A stretch of 64,000 bases of DNA from Lingula anatina. Lineage: Eukaryota > Animalia > Brachiopoda. The DNA lies in assembly GCA_051362555.1 (NCBI GenBank), contig CM120647.1, forward strand, positions 5,022,001 through 5,086,000. Direction: 5' to 3'. Numbering within the stretch: position 1 is the first letter of the stretch; every line of letters begins with the position of its first letter. Under the pieces are notes generated by a model. It did not search any database. It saw nothing but the letters and a program-made list of their open reading frames with translations, and was not told where the DNA came from. Shown in pieces: positions 21,717 to 34,940 of this stretch. A program made the translations under genes and the position numbers.

Positions 21717-22965
21717 GTTTATTAAGGCCAGTGCCACAGTCCAACGTATATGATATCCAACATGGCGACTGTGGAAGGACTGAATTCACACTAGCGACAC
21801 CTGGCGCCAAGCGGGCTGGTATACCTCATTGAGACAGTGGTTAGGGAACACTGTTTCTATCTATCCATACATGTGAAGTGATAAAAATTGCAGTAAAATT
21901 GATAACCGCTTTTCATTTTCAAGCTAAAGTTCGTAAGTTCGGGGGAGGGTACTTAGTGACACGGTACATTCAGTTCTCATGCATCGTACACAAAGAGGCA
22001 ATCGCCATTAATTAATGTGTGCTGTTTCGTCTCTATGGGCCTTTCAATAGCGTGTGATTGTGCTTGTGCACATTCTTTTGTGAAGAGATTACGTTGAGAG
22101 CGACATTGAAAGTACTAAAGAGACTGGTGTTGTTTCTGTACACGGGGGGTACAATAGAAGACCACAGCACGTTCATTATTAACAACGTTTTCCCCCTAAG
22201 ACGATATTATTGATAGTATTCGATTTGTACGGCAGGTACATTATTAACAACATTTCCCACGAAGACGATATTATTGATAGTATTTGATTTGTGTTATGTA
22301 CTACTACATTTTATTGAGTGCAACGCTGTGTGACTATGTAATGAAATTTAAACGCGTATCAATCGATACAATAGAACAACTGTAGTCACACCCATGCGTG
22401 CTGTTGTAAGGGATTACATCAAGAGAGTGGCATTGAAATTATAAGAGGCTGCATGGTGTTGATTCTGTGAACAGGGAGGACAATATAAGGCCAGGACATA
22501 TGAATAATCAACAGCATTTTCTCACGGTTATCACCCTACATTTTTCCGCGAACAACACAATGGTATACGTAATTTTATGTGACGTGGGATATTTTTATTG
22601 GTTAAAAGTTTTATTTCATTATTCTTAATATTAAACATCGTGGCTTCGGCGTCATTTGAGCATTAACGTCTGTGGAGGCATGTCGCGGCAATACATTGTA
22701 GAAGGTCCCATGGAGTGCCAGTGTAGGAGCACACAAAATGTAAGTTACTGAACATTCAGTCAATTTAATTCACGTTAAAATTTTTGTATAGTATCGTTAA
22801 TATTGTGTCTAAAATGTTTAGCTGTCTGAAACGGGGGACTGATTTGATTTTTTGATCTTTATAGATATCACGCACAGTGGCTATTGCTTGAGCTTGAGAT
22901 TTCCTTACCCTCACCCCTTACATTACCCCTCCTTTTATTACATGTGCCTTTAACACTATTTTATC

Positions 22966-25900
22966 ATGGGTGACACAGAGTCTGAGGGATCGGTTTCTAA
23001 TTTGTGGGAAGACATGAGTAATGAGGATGATTTATTGAATGCGGAGCATGAGAGTGGTGATGAGTTATGGGCTGATTCAAATGTAACAGACGATCAGCTG
23101 GTAAATCATGTAGATCAGTTCGAAGGTGAACTCGGGATGGGGGTAGATTATAGAAGGTTTTATAATCTGCGACGGGTCAATGAACGGCGCATGAAAAAAT
23201 TTTCAACTGTAAACACGGACTATCAGCTCACATTCTCCCATTTAGAAAATAGAAGTTTAAATTCTATGATCCCGTTCCTACGTGAGCTTTTCCAAAACAT
23301 ATTTGACGACTTAGTGCAGAACATGCTTCCTCATGATTTGGTCAGAATTGTCTTGCAATCTGACACGTTAGAGTATCCCATATCAATAGCGTTCACGAGG
23401 GTATCTGAATTTACAGTGGATCTCTTTTTGGACGAATTAATAAGAGTATTACAGTCTCACGAGGAGTTTAGACTTGACGCATCTATTATTTTAACTGTGT
23501 GTCATGTCAGTATGCCACGCCCTGGTGGAGCAAGATTAAAAAGAGGGTCTATGGGTATGCAGAGCTTTCTCCACGCAAAGCGTTCAGTCATTCAAATACG
23601 TAACGGGGCGGGAGATCAGTTGTGTTTAGCGCGTGCATTGGTTGTAGCTATGGCCAAAGCAGATAATGACCCCGAATATGCAACAATCGTTGATAACCGT
23701 TGTCGTGAACAATTAGAAAGAGCCCAAGACTTGCATACAAGAGCTGGAAAACCGTTAGGTCCTTGTGGTGTCCCTGAAATTAAACAGTTTCAGTCATATT
23801 TGAGTAATTATCAAATATCTGTGTTTTCTGGAGATCACTTTATGAGTTTAATTCATAAAGGACCTTCAGCTTTGAAGGAGCTGTTTTTATTTTATCATAA
23901 GGGGCATTATGATGTCATAACTTCGATAACAGGTTTCATGGGTAGGGCGTACTATTGTACGGAATGCAATATAGGTTTTGATCACATGGGTGACCATTCG
24001 TGCGAAAAATATTGCGAGAGGTGTAAAAAGGATTCGTCATGCAAGTTTGAAACATGGCGTCATTGCGGTCAGTGTAGCAGAAATTTCCTCTCTGACAGCT
24101 GTTTTAGAAATCATACACTTGTACCCGAACAAGGTAAATGGTCAACCTGCCGACGATTTACTCTTTGTAAAAAGTGCACTAAATTTGTCGATCATAAAAG
24201 GGAGGAAAAACATGTGTGTTACACTTACAAGTGCAAGTCATGTAATAAGTACGTCAAAGACGGTCACTTATGTTACATGCAAATTGATAGAGATGACCGT
24301 GGTGAGGATGGTGACGATTTACTTATGTATATCGATGAGAATCCTGATGCCAATTTCATTGGTAAGTTTAAACCTGGTTCAAAACGCCCTTTCATATTTT
24401 TTGATTTTGAAGCGCAGCCATCGCATGTTCATACCCCTAATCTAGTGGTTGCTCACAGGGTATGTCATCACTGTCTAAATTTAGACGTAACCCCCACTAG
24501 TACATGTGAGCTATGTGGCAAAAATGAACATGTGTTTAAGGGGCCGTCGTGTGTTGATGAATTTTGCAAATGGGTATTTGAAGATCAGAGTTTTGAACAT
24601 GCACAAGGTAAAAGGAAAAGGAAAGGAAAAAACAAAGGAGGTCGCAGTAAACGAATGAATCCTTGAGCATCGTTATGTTTTGATGGTGCTGAGTATGAAT
24701 GTGAGAATAACGAGGAGGATATGATCATACATAATGGGGCTATATTGTTGGCACACAACATGTCTGGTTATGATGGTTTTTTCCTCTTAAAATGGCTCAA
24801 AGACCAATGTATCGTTCCTGAGGTGATATTACGGGGCGCCAAGGTGCTTTCTATTAAGGTGGGCGATATAACCGTTATTGATTCTTACAGCTTCCTCCCC
24901 ATGGCACTCAACAAACTTCCCGCTGCATTTGGTCTAGATGAATCCCTGTCAAAGGGCTACTTCCCCCACTTCTTTAATACCCCTGAAAACCAAGACTATA
25001 GGGGTAAAATGCCCGCCACTAATTTCTATGGCTCTGATTCAATGTCTACCGGTGCGAGAGAAAAATTTTTGGCATGGTACAATGATCAGGTTAGTCAAAA
25101 CTATATATTTGATTTCCAAAAGGAAATACTCATATACTGCCGCATGGACGTCACCATTCTTCGGCAAGCATGTCTCCGATTCAGGAAATTGATGCTTGAT
25201 ATAACAGTTGCGAATGGTGTGGAAATTGATCTATCACTATAGCCAGCGCATGCAATGTTGTGTTCAGATCTTTATTTCTTATGCAAAACACGATCGGCAT
25301 TATTCCAGCACAGGGGTATAAGCCGAAAAACAAAACGTCCGTGAAAGCAGCTAAATGGTTGCGGTATAGGGCGGAGCGTGACAATGTCTTTATACAGCAT
25401 GCTCATAATCAGGGAGAAAAGAAAATAGGAAAGTTTGTCGTTGATGGTTGGGCGTCAACAACTAACACTGTCTACGAGTATCAGGGGTGTTTTTGGCATG
25501 GGTGTCCAAAATGTTACAACAGTTACAATATCAACAATGTCAGTTTGATGACAATGGGTGAGTTGTTAGAAAGGACGGTGGATAAGAAGCATGCGCTTCA
25601 ATCTTTAGGTTTCAACTACATAGAGGTATGGGAGTGTGAGTTTGACAGGGTCATACGGGAGGATGCTGGCGTGAAAGAAATAGTGGATAGCGTGAACGTT
25701 GTCGATTGTATTGACCCTCGTGAAGCCTTTTACGGGGGCAGGACGAACGCAGTAAAGCTTTTTTGTCAGGCAGATCAGGGACAGAAAATACGTTACATTG
25801 ACGTGTGTAGTCTATATCCCTATGTCAACAAATACAAACCATACCCGCTCTGCCATCCCACCATCATAACCGAAAACTTTGGTCCTCTTAGCGAGTATGA

Positions 25901-27190
25901 AGGTTTAGTCAAATGTACTATTCTTCCTCCTCACGGCCTTTATCATCCTGTCCTTCCCTATAGATCACAAGGGAAACTAACATTTCCTCTTTGTCGCACA
26001 TGCGCTGACACACTGCAGCAGTCACGGTGTGAGCATAATGACGAAGAGCGTTGTATGACAGGTACATGGGTTACGGTCGAGTTAAAAAAGGCCGTTTCCA
26101 AGGGCTATGTGATTAAACAAATGCACGAGGTCTGGCATTATGATCATGTTAGCGAATACAACCCAATCACAAAAACGGGGGGTCTTTTCTCTGACTATAT
26201 CAATACATTTCTCAAGCTCAAACAAGAGGCCAGCGGCTATCCACCAGAGTGCACGACACCACAGCTCAAAAGAGACTACATTGCTTCCTACTTCACCAAA
26301 GAGGGCATTCGACTAGACCCTAACCAAATTAAGAAGAACCCAGGTCTGAGGGCTTTGTCTAAACTGATACTTAACAGCTTTTGGGGTACGTATAAACAGA
26401 GGTAGCATTCATTTATTACAAACACTATGTCTGAGGTTCACGCATAATTCCAATATTTGTATTTGTCATTCACCGTAAATAATGGTAATAACATCGTACG
26501 TACATTTGCATATTACATCTGTCCTTGATGCGTTATTATGTTTACACCTTGTTTATTCACATCATACAATATTACAGTACTTCTCATCCGTGCATTTTCA
26601 CTATCCTTACTACCATAATTATGTTATTTTATTTTATTTTTATGTTTGTTATTTCAGGCAAATTCGGTCAACGAATGACCATGACACAGTCCGAATACGT
26701 CACCGAGGTGGACGAGTACTTTGCGCTGCTGTTGAACAAATCCGTCGATGTCACCAACGTGATGTTTTTAACCGATGACATGGTGGAGGTACACTACAAA
26801 CACCAATCTGAGTTTAATGAATGCTCCGATAAGACCAACGTCGTCATAGCCGCGTACACCACCGCCCACGCTCGTATGGTTCTTTACAGCGCCATAGAGG
26901 TCCTGGATCGAAACGTTCTTTACTTTGACACGGACTCAATCATCTTCCTGGACGATGGCAGTGCACAAACCAACGCCTACCTAAATACCATCATGGGCAG
27001 CTACCTCGGCGACTTCACCGATGAGCTAGATGAGGGGGACCACATCACCACCTTCGTGTCGGGCGGGCCAAAAAACTACGCATACGTTACCGCAAAGGGA
27101 AAGACAATTTGTAAAGTGAGGGGTATCTCACTGTGTTATGAAACCTCACAAATAGTGAACTATGAGAAAAATTGTTTGTTTATTATGTAA
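22966..27190 (+). pseudogene. Protein-primed family B DNA polymerase (pPolB) with N-terminal TP/vOTU-like region, Zn ribbons and VSR-like nuclease insert; nonsense, frameshift and 3' truncation
   Basis: Exo motifs FFDFE, AHNMSGYDG and YCRMDV; Pol motifs YIDVCSLYP, KLILNSFWG/KFG and YFDTDS; VSR-like VDGW..YEYQGCFWHGCPKC. In-frame TGA at 24664-24666, frameshift at ~25231, intron 26386-26657; the ORF runs into the right TIR at 27167. Confidence 0.95.
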
Positions 27191-27295
27191 ACATCCCCAT
27201 TGTCCGGTATAGGTTTTCCATTGTTCAAATGATGTAACATAACAAAAGAAAAAAAATGAAATTCTTTTCTCCCGTATAGTACGGATGTTACTACT
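27167..27295 (-). repeat. Right terminal inverted repeat of the Maverick
   Basis: Ends ...ggatgttactact, followed by the TSD tatggg. Confidence 0.95.
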
Positions 27296-27501
27296 TATGG
27301 GAAGCCCGTCTATACGTGTTACCCAGTCTGTTCACTGCCGTCTCTGTTACTATGACTTAATCAATATCAATATCAATATGGCCGGGGAAAAACAGTAAAT
27401 TCATATCATATGTTTAATGACTATAAAAATTGCATGAACGAATTGGAATGAACTTTTATTAAATAAATTCAAAGCCTTTAAATAGGAGTGACATTCAGTT
27501 A

Positions 27502-28406
27502 AGCCAAGGTCACAACCGGACGCATGAATTTTAGGATCGTACGTCCCCTGCGAATTTTGCGTGCAGTAGAAGCCGTGGAGGTCTTAGAGGTAGACGAAAA
27601 TCTGCCTTGTGAGTTTCAGGGGCTAAATGAGATGTCCTTCCAAGCAGGAACGCTAATTGCAAGGTGCAGGGGCTGTGGAAATTGTACTCATTTCTTGAGT
27701 TTGTCTTTCTACCTGCGTACGTGGCTCGCGCTCACCACCATTGTAGAGAAATCAACGCACAGTGAAAGTAGTTCCATTTTGCTTCACACTTGCCTCACAC
27801 ACTTGTGATGACGTACTAACCGCGTATGTCAGTTTTGCGTACTGTTCTCCCCTTCTTTCTACTTCTATCTCCCCTTTTTCTGCTTTCTACATGTAAGTTG
27901 GTTTTCTGCATTTTGGAGGCATATTAGAAGCTGAATTAAGCAAAATCCGAATTTTTTGAAAAATGTTGCACAGGTTGTACGATCTGCATTCATTTTTGAG
28001 ACACGAGCGTGCGTCGGGAGTACACCTTTTATTCTACTGGCGTAGGGGTGAAGCACGTGCGACGCACTTCCGCGGTGCTTTCGACTTTGGTCGTTAATTG
28101 TGAGGGCGTGTCTCGTACTCAACACGCAAAAGGCACTTGCTCCTTCATTGCTTGCGACGTGCGTCTTGGACCACTCACCTCTCACTTGCAAACTCTTTGC
28201 GAGTGAAGCAAGGTACGTTTGCAGCCTCGCTGTTCGCAGATTATTCGTAGGTTCGTAGGATCTTTTCGACATGTCAAACATCCTCCGTACGTGCATACGG
28301 GCTGACTGCGAACTCCAAATTTCACAAGAGAGACTTGCGTTGCACGTGAGATTCTGCGCAAAATAAGAGCCCGTAAGAGCCCGTACGGCAAGTTGTGACC
28401 GAGACT
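27502..28406. mobile_element. Non-autonomous PIF/Harbinger-like element
   Basis: TIR AGCCAAGGTCACAAC / GTTGTGACCGAGACT with TTA on both sides. It interrupts the host repeat that elsewhere reads ..agtta..ccagctgaaatgc. Confidence 0.7.
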
Positions 28407-29071
28407 TTATACCAGCTGAAATGCAAATAAACTGAAAACATCAACGGCACGTGATGTTCTTATTGGTTAATTGATTTCGCCATCAGACAATAATTTCTAT
28501 GACGTTGATTACAGCTAGAATCTGAATTGTGATAACTGTCCAAATATGACAACATACTAAATATATATTTAATTTATTTTAGATTCAGGATCTCTGGATA
28601 CGTGCTTTATTGTTTCGTGGATGATTATTAAATAACTAATTGACCAAAATCATGTTATCAACGGAGATTTATAGAATTACACAAGTGGTGAGAGAAAGAA
28701 GGTACCTACGAATGGCACTGATCTAGGGCAACGAGCATGGGAACCTCTGATTTAGTAGGAAAATAAGCGCAGTCGTAAACAAATGTATTTGTAAAGTAGG
28801 TATTTTATTAAGTTTTTAGACAAAAAACAATCACACAAACAAAATGGCGCTTTTTCATCTATAAAGAAATAAACCATATACCATCATCATTACGTATTTA
28901 ATCGTGCGCTGTTTCCTTAAACTACCCCCATCTATCACGTTCATGAAGCTGATTGGATGCATTTTACCTTTGCACCATCCACGAGTAACAGTCTTTTTAA
29001 ATCATTCACTTATTCCAGGCGGCACAGAACGCATAGAACGTTTATGAAAAGGCGACAGTTTTGCTCAGAAT

Positions 29072-30380
29072 ATGACTAAAATGTTTTTTCCACGTGTGTT
29101 TTGCTTGATGTTGGTTGTTACTTATATACTTGGGAGCCACTCTTCTGGAGCTCAGAATCGTCTGAAGGTAAGGCTCACACAAATACTGAACCAGAGTATT
29201 AGGTTGACATAATAAAGCACCCACCCAACTGACTGGTGTATTCAAAACATGTCGAGACCAAATAATGATAACCACCTACATGGTGGATGAGAATGAGGTC
29301 GATACGGTTTATTGTTGCTCTTTTTTTGAATTGACAGGCATCACAGTAAGTGCATAATGAAGCATTCTAGTTAGTGTATAGTATAGTGTATAGTATTAAA
29401 TATACGCATCAAGGTATTTAATATAATGTGAGTCACGTTTTAAATGTCTGTTTTGCATCTTGGTTGAGAAGGCGTTTAAGTTTGGGCCATTGTTGTCGTG
29501 ATAGATTTATTCATAATTGAATAAATATTTAATATTTTTTAACAAAATGTTGAACAGCTCAACACCTTTGTCCCGATTTCACGTTCTCTCAAGAATTGCA
29601 AGAATTGACAGACAATCAATAAGAATCAGTGAGAAACTTAAAAGTATAAGCCCGATTTAAGTAAAAACCCTGCGATTTATCAATATCTGGCGGTTCGTGG
29701 AATTCGTAACCGGTGTTGAAAAAGGGTATGAAACGTGTACCTTTAACAGACTCTAACAGAATAAGCTATGGTTTATTGCTATCGTTCCAGTTGTTTGACA
29801 TTTGAAAATTATTTTTTTGCATATCAAATTGTTAATAGTAGCCAATAACTTTCAGGGTCTGCCGGCTGAATGGTGTGCCAAAATGGAACGCGTTTTCGCC
29901 ATACTGGATGCTGACAATGACGGAATTGTGAACCGCCACGAGTATGTTGATATTCCCGTTGAAAGAGCCAAAGTATATTTTCTGGCAGACAAAATCAATG
30001 ATTTTAACGATACTGTTACCAGACTCTGGTCTACATTTTGGTCTGTTCCAGAGGATGAATACGAAAGTGTTTTCGACCTGGATGACTTCATTTCGATACA
30101 CATGCGCATCGATCTTTTAAATCCCGCTTTCGCGGCAAATTCGTTAAAAACTGTGGCCAGAAAAACATTTGATATAGTAGATTATGATGACAATGGAAAG
30201 CTTAGTATTGATGAACACAGAGACTACCTTGCAGTATACAACGTTCATCAGGGCATCAATTCATCGTTTGGCTTTACTGATGAAAACCATAATAACCTCA
30301 TTGAAAAGGAGGAGTTTGCCAAAGCAGTCGTTGATTATTTCCTCAACAAAAATAAGAAATCTCCATTTTTCGGTCCGTAA
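29072..30380 (+). CDS. Secreted SCP/aequorin-fold EF-hand protein, copy 3; exons 29072-29167 and 29856-30380
   Basis: Exon 1 MTKMFFPRVFCLMLVVTYILGSHSSGAQNRLK ends at gtaagg; acceptor tttcag leads into GLPAEW; intact EF I, III and IV; ends FFGP*. Confidence 0.88.
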
Positions 30381-31447
30381 AATGTAGGGAAACCCATAAA
30401 TGACAATATATGCCACTAATTTTGGGTTAAAGGCTCTATTTTTTTCTATGCCTTAGGCATGGTTACTGTGCATTCTCTCCACCTACGTTAAAATTTAAGA
30501 TTGAATGGGACAACCTTTTTGACCAAGAATGTTTATGCATGGAATTATAACAGACATCATGATTCTTATTCCATTATTGGTCCATGAAATGTGTTCAAAT
30601 GTGTATTTTAACAAGAATAAACCAGCATCAAGATGTTGCAATACCCGCTTGTCAGTTGTATAACATGATGCTGTCTGGTGCTATCAATGTTAGTACATTG
30701 TTATCAGTCTATGGGAAGCCCGCCTGCACGTGTTACGTGGCGGCTAAGAAAAACACAGTAAATTTATATCAAATGTTAAATGGCTATCAAAAATAACATA
30801 AGCGGATTTGAATGAATTGTTTTATTTAATAAATACTAAAATGTTTAAGTGGAAGCCACATTTAGTTAAATACCCGCTGAAATGCAAATAAACTGAAAAC
30901 ATCAACGTCACGTGATGTTCTTATTGGATAATTGATTTCGCCATCAAACAGTAATTTCAATGAGGTTGATTACAGCTAGACTCTGAACTTGTCCAAATAT
31001 GACAACATACTAAAATATTTTGATTTATTTTTAATTTAGCATGTGTGGATACGTGCTTAAATTATTACATAAATGATTTTGTATAGTTAATTGACCCAAA
31101 GCTTAGAGTGAAATTAGCATGTGAACCCCTGTATTAGTAAGAAAAACAAGCGTCGTCGTTAATATATGTACTTGTAAAATTGGTATATTGTTTAAGTTTG
31201 AAAAAAAAATGCACAACCGAAAGGGTTCATTTCATCTATGAAGGAATCAATCAATTACATTAATCATTATGTATTTCAGCTGGCGCTGTTTCCTTAAACT
31301 CCCTCTTCCATCACGTTGACAAATCTGATTGGATGCATTTTACCTTTGCACCTTCCACGAATAACAGTCTTTTTAAATCATTCTCTTATTCGAGGCGGCA
31401 CAGAACGCATAGAACCCTGATCTAAAAGCGACGATCTTGCTCAGTAT

Positions 31448-32607
31448 ATGACTAAAATGTCTTTCCCACGTGTGTTTTGGTTGCTAATGGTGGTTGCTTA
31501 TGTACTTGGGAGACTCTGTTCTGGAGCTCAGAATCGTCTGAAGGTAAGGCTCACGTTCCGTTTGTTTTATGCCTTGCTCCCACATATAGCTGAACCTAAG
31601 TACTGAGTTAACACAATAAAGCACTGAGTTAACACAATAAAGCACCCGCTCAGTTAGTGTATAGTATAGTGTATAGTATTGAATATACACATGAATGTAT
31701 TTAATATGATGTGAGTCACGTTTAAAATGTCTGTTTTGCATCTTGGTTGAGAGGGATTTTAAGTTTAGGTCATTGCTGTCGTGATAGAATTATTTATAAC
31801 TGAATGAATATAAACTATTTTAAACAACATTTTGAACTGATTGACATAAGAATCAGTGAGGAACTTAAAATAATTATCCCGATCAAAGTAAAAACCCTGC
31901 CATTTATTAATATCTGGCAGTTCGTGGAATTCGTAGCCGGTGTTGAAAAGGGGTATGAAACGTATTCCTTAAACGGACTCTGACAGAATAAGCTATGATT
32001 TATTGCTATCGTTCCAGTTGTTTTACATTTGAATATTAGTTTTTTGCAGATCAAATTGTTGATAGTAGCCAATTACTTTCAGGGCCTGCCGGCTGAATGG
32101 CGTGCTAAAATGGAACGCTTTTTTGCATTATTGGATGCTGACAATGACGGCATTGTGAACCGCCATGAGTATGTTGATATTCCCGTTGAAAGAGCCAAAG
32201 TATATTTTCGGGCAGACAAAATCAATGATTTCAACGATACTGTTTCAAGACTCTGGTCAACCTTTTGGTCTGTTCCAGAGGATGAATACGAAAGTGTTTT
32301 CGACCTGGATGACTTCATTTCGATACACGTGCGCATCGATCTTTTAAAGCCCGCTTTCGCAGCAAAATCGTTAAATACTACGTCCAGAAAGATATTTGAT
32401 ATAGCAGATTATGATGACAATGGAAAGCGTAGTATTGATGAACACAGGGACTACCTTGCAGTATACAACGTTCATCAGGGCATCAATTCATCGTTTGGTT
32501 TTACTGATGAAAACCATAATAACTGCATTGAAAAGGAGGAGTTTGCCAAAGCAATCGTTGATTATTTCCTCAACAAAAATAAGGAATCTCCATTTTTCGG
32601 CCCGTGA
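31448..32607 (+). CDS. Secreted SCP/aequorin-fold EF-hand protein, copy 4; exons 31448-31543 and 32083-32607
   Basis: Exon 1 MTKMSFPRVFWLLMVVAYVLGRLCSGAQNRLK ends at gtaagg; exon 2 GLPAEWRAK...FFGP*. Confidence 0.88.
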
Positions 32608-32713
32608 AATGCAGGGAAACCCATGAATAATAATATGTGTCATTAGTGCACGCATGATTTTCGGGTTGAAGGCTCTATTTTTTTTTCTGTGACTTAGGTA
32701 TGGTTACTATGCA

Positions 32714-32792
<79 letters not shown>

Positions 32793-33824
32793 AGCGTAAA
32801 AATTTAGAGTGACTTTTGACCAAGAATGTATTATGCATAGGATTGTAAACAGACATCCTGATTCTTATTCCAATAATATGTCCCTGTAAAGTGTTCAAAT
32901 GTGTATTTTAACAAGAGTAAACCAGCATCAATATGTTGCAATACCCGCTTGTCAGCTGTATAACATGATGCTAACTGGTGCTATCAATGATAGCACATTG
33001 TTATCAGTCTATGGGAAGCCCGCCTGCACGTGTCACCACGTCTGTTAACTGCCGTCTCTGTAACTATGACTTAATCAATATCAATATGTCGGGAATTAAA
33101 GAAGAAACAGTAAAGGTACATTAAATGTTTAATGACTATCAAAAATTACATGTGCAGATTTGAATGAAATTTTGTTTAATAAATTCGAAAACTTTTAAGT
33201 AGAAGTAACGTGATGTACTTATTGCTTTGTTGATTTCGCCATCAAACAATGATTTCTATGACGTTGCTTACAGCTAGAATCTGAACTTTGAAAACTATCC
33301 AAATATGAGAACTTACTAAATTTATTTTACTCTTTTAGATTCAGGATACGTGCTTAAATTATTGCCAAAATGATAAATGTATAGCTAAAAAACATGTTAT
33401 CAAAAGAGATTTATACAATTACATCAATGGTGCGAGAAAGAATGCACTCACGATTGGAATTGACCGAGGGAAACGAGCATGGGAACCCATGTAATAGTAC
33501 GAAAATTAGCGCCGTCGTAAATATATGCAAATATGGTATATAATTAAAGTTTGAAGTAAAGAAAACACTCATTTCACAACTGAAAGGGTGTGTTTTCATG
33601 TATGAAGAAATACATATAAATTTCCATTTATCATTATGTGTTTAAGGTGACGCAATTTTCTTAAACTGCTTCCTTCCATCACGTGCTCAAAGGTGATTGG
33701 ATGCAGTATACCTTAGCGTCATCCACGAGTTACAGCCTATTTAAGCCAATTACTTAGTCGAGACGACACATAACTCACAGACAGCCGTTCTAAATGCGAT
33801 TGGCCTGTTCAGTCTATTAGTAAA

Positions 33825-33954
33825 ATGTTTCTTCCACGTGTGTTTGGGTTGCTGTTGGTGGTTGTTCATGTTATGGGAAACTCTTCTTCAGGAGGTCAAA
33901 ATGGTCAGAAGGTAAGCCGTCCTGTTGGTTTTATGTTCAGTTCACACATATAAA

Positions 33955-34015
<61 letters not shown>

Positions 34016-34891
34016 TCAATACACTCCCGTAATTTTAGGCAACCAGCCCATATTACATTTTTTTTATTTATTTGTTTTAAGATAACCGCATGGAGCAACA
34101 CATGTAGTATGACAAAAACCAAATTATTATACAAGTGTAACAAACATCTCATCACTGCAAGTAATACAAAATAAGAACATGATATAATGGTATATTAGAA
34201 ACATAAGCCAACAATTAATATGTCATTAGACAAACAATAGGACATCATACATACGATAACATCAGTAAGCAATATTTTTACATGAGGGTGAATACCTTTA
34301 ACTCTTGTAATTCAATATTGTTTTCATTTTTTAAACCTCTAAAATCATGTCTCTCATATTCTCCGCATGAACTAGAAAATCACCTATTCTGCGGATAAGG
34401 ACATCGTGAAGAATCCTAGAATTTTGCACATTTTTGGTAGAAACTTTTACCCTACATGATTCTGTTATATTATTGTTAAGATAGACTTGAGGATAATGGC
34501 TTTTCTTGAACTATTTTGTTTTTCTAAATGGCTGCAGTCTAAAGAGTATTTAATCATAGATACAAAACTTAACACGGTTACCTTTCGTCAATGCACATTT
34601 TGACGACAGACACGCGAGTTCTTGTCAGACAAGGATCCAGACCATTATATGTGACCCTTTATTAAAAAAGAAACAAAAAATTAACATCTATGACATAAAA
34701 TAAGTTGATTTGGAATGGGTAAACTCCATAGCCACCCCCCAACTAAACAAATTGACCTTAAAGCATTTTGCTATGAATTTGCAGATATAGTGTGGGTTGG
34801 AAATCGACATAACTAGCCAGCATGTTAAAAGCCAGCATCAGCGTGTTATGATACCTGCTTCCTGGCTTCTGTGCTTGTTTTGACTGTAAAA

Positions 34892-34940
<49 letters not shown>

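Larger units (their letters stand above)
19111..21827. mobile_element. Internally deleted ISL2EU-type DNA transposon nested in the Maverick
   Basis: AT on both flanks; imperfect TIR GGGGAATAC / GAGGTATAC; convergent SAP-domain gene remnant (+) and THAP/DDE transposase remnant (-). Confidence 0.8.
10351..27295 (+). mobile_element. Maverick/Polinton (adintovirus-like endogenous virus) with VSR-containing (group 2-type) pPolB; defective
   Basis: Termini AGTAGT...ACTACT; TIRs of ~128-129 bp; 6-bp TSD TATGGG at 10345-10350 and 27296-27301. Encodes integrase, penton, major capsid protein, adenain and pPolB. Confidence 0.97.

Noticed and set aside
24600-24720. Possible intron removing the in-frame TGA in pPolB
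   Set aside because: A GT donor-like site exists but there is no polypyrimidine/AG acceptor, and the frame continues unchanged. A nonsense mutation is the simpler explanation.
26482-26657. Hydrophobic ORF starts at 26482 and 26525
   Set aside because: They are translations of the AT-rich polB intron.
27524-28391. Several 65-143-aa ORFs
   Set aside because: They lie inside a non-autonomous Harbinger-like element and show no recognisable domains.
29802-29855. ORF-track N-termini such as MKIIFLHIKLLIVANNFQ (also at 32029, 35624 and 38610) as signal peptides
   Set aside because: They are intron polypyrimidine sequence before the AG acceptor and start at non-ATG or non-conserved codons. The real leader is the upstream exon.
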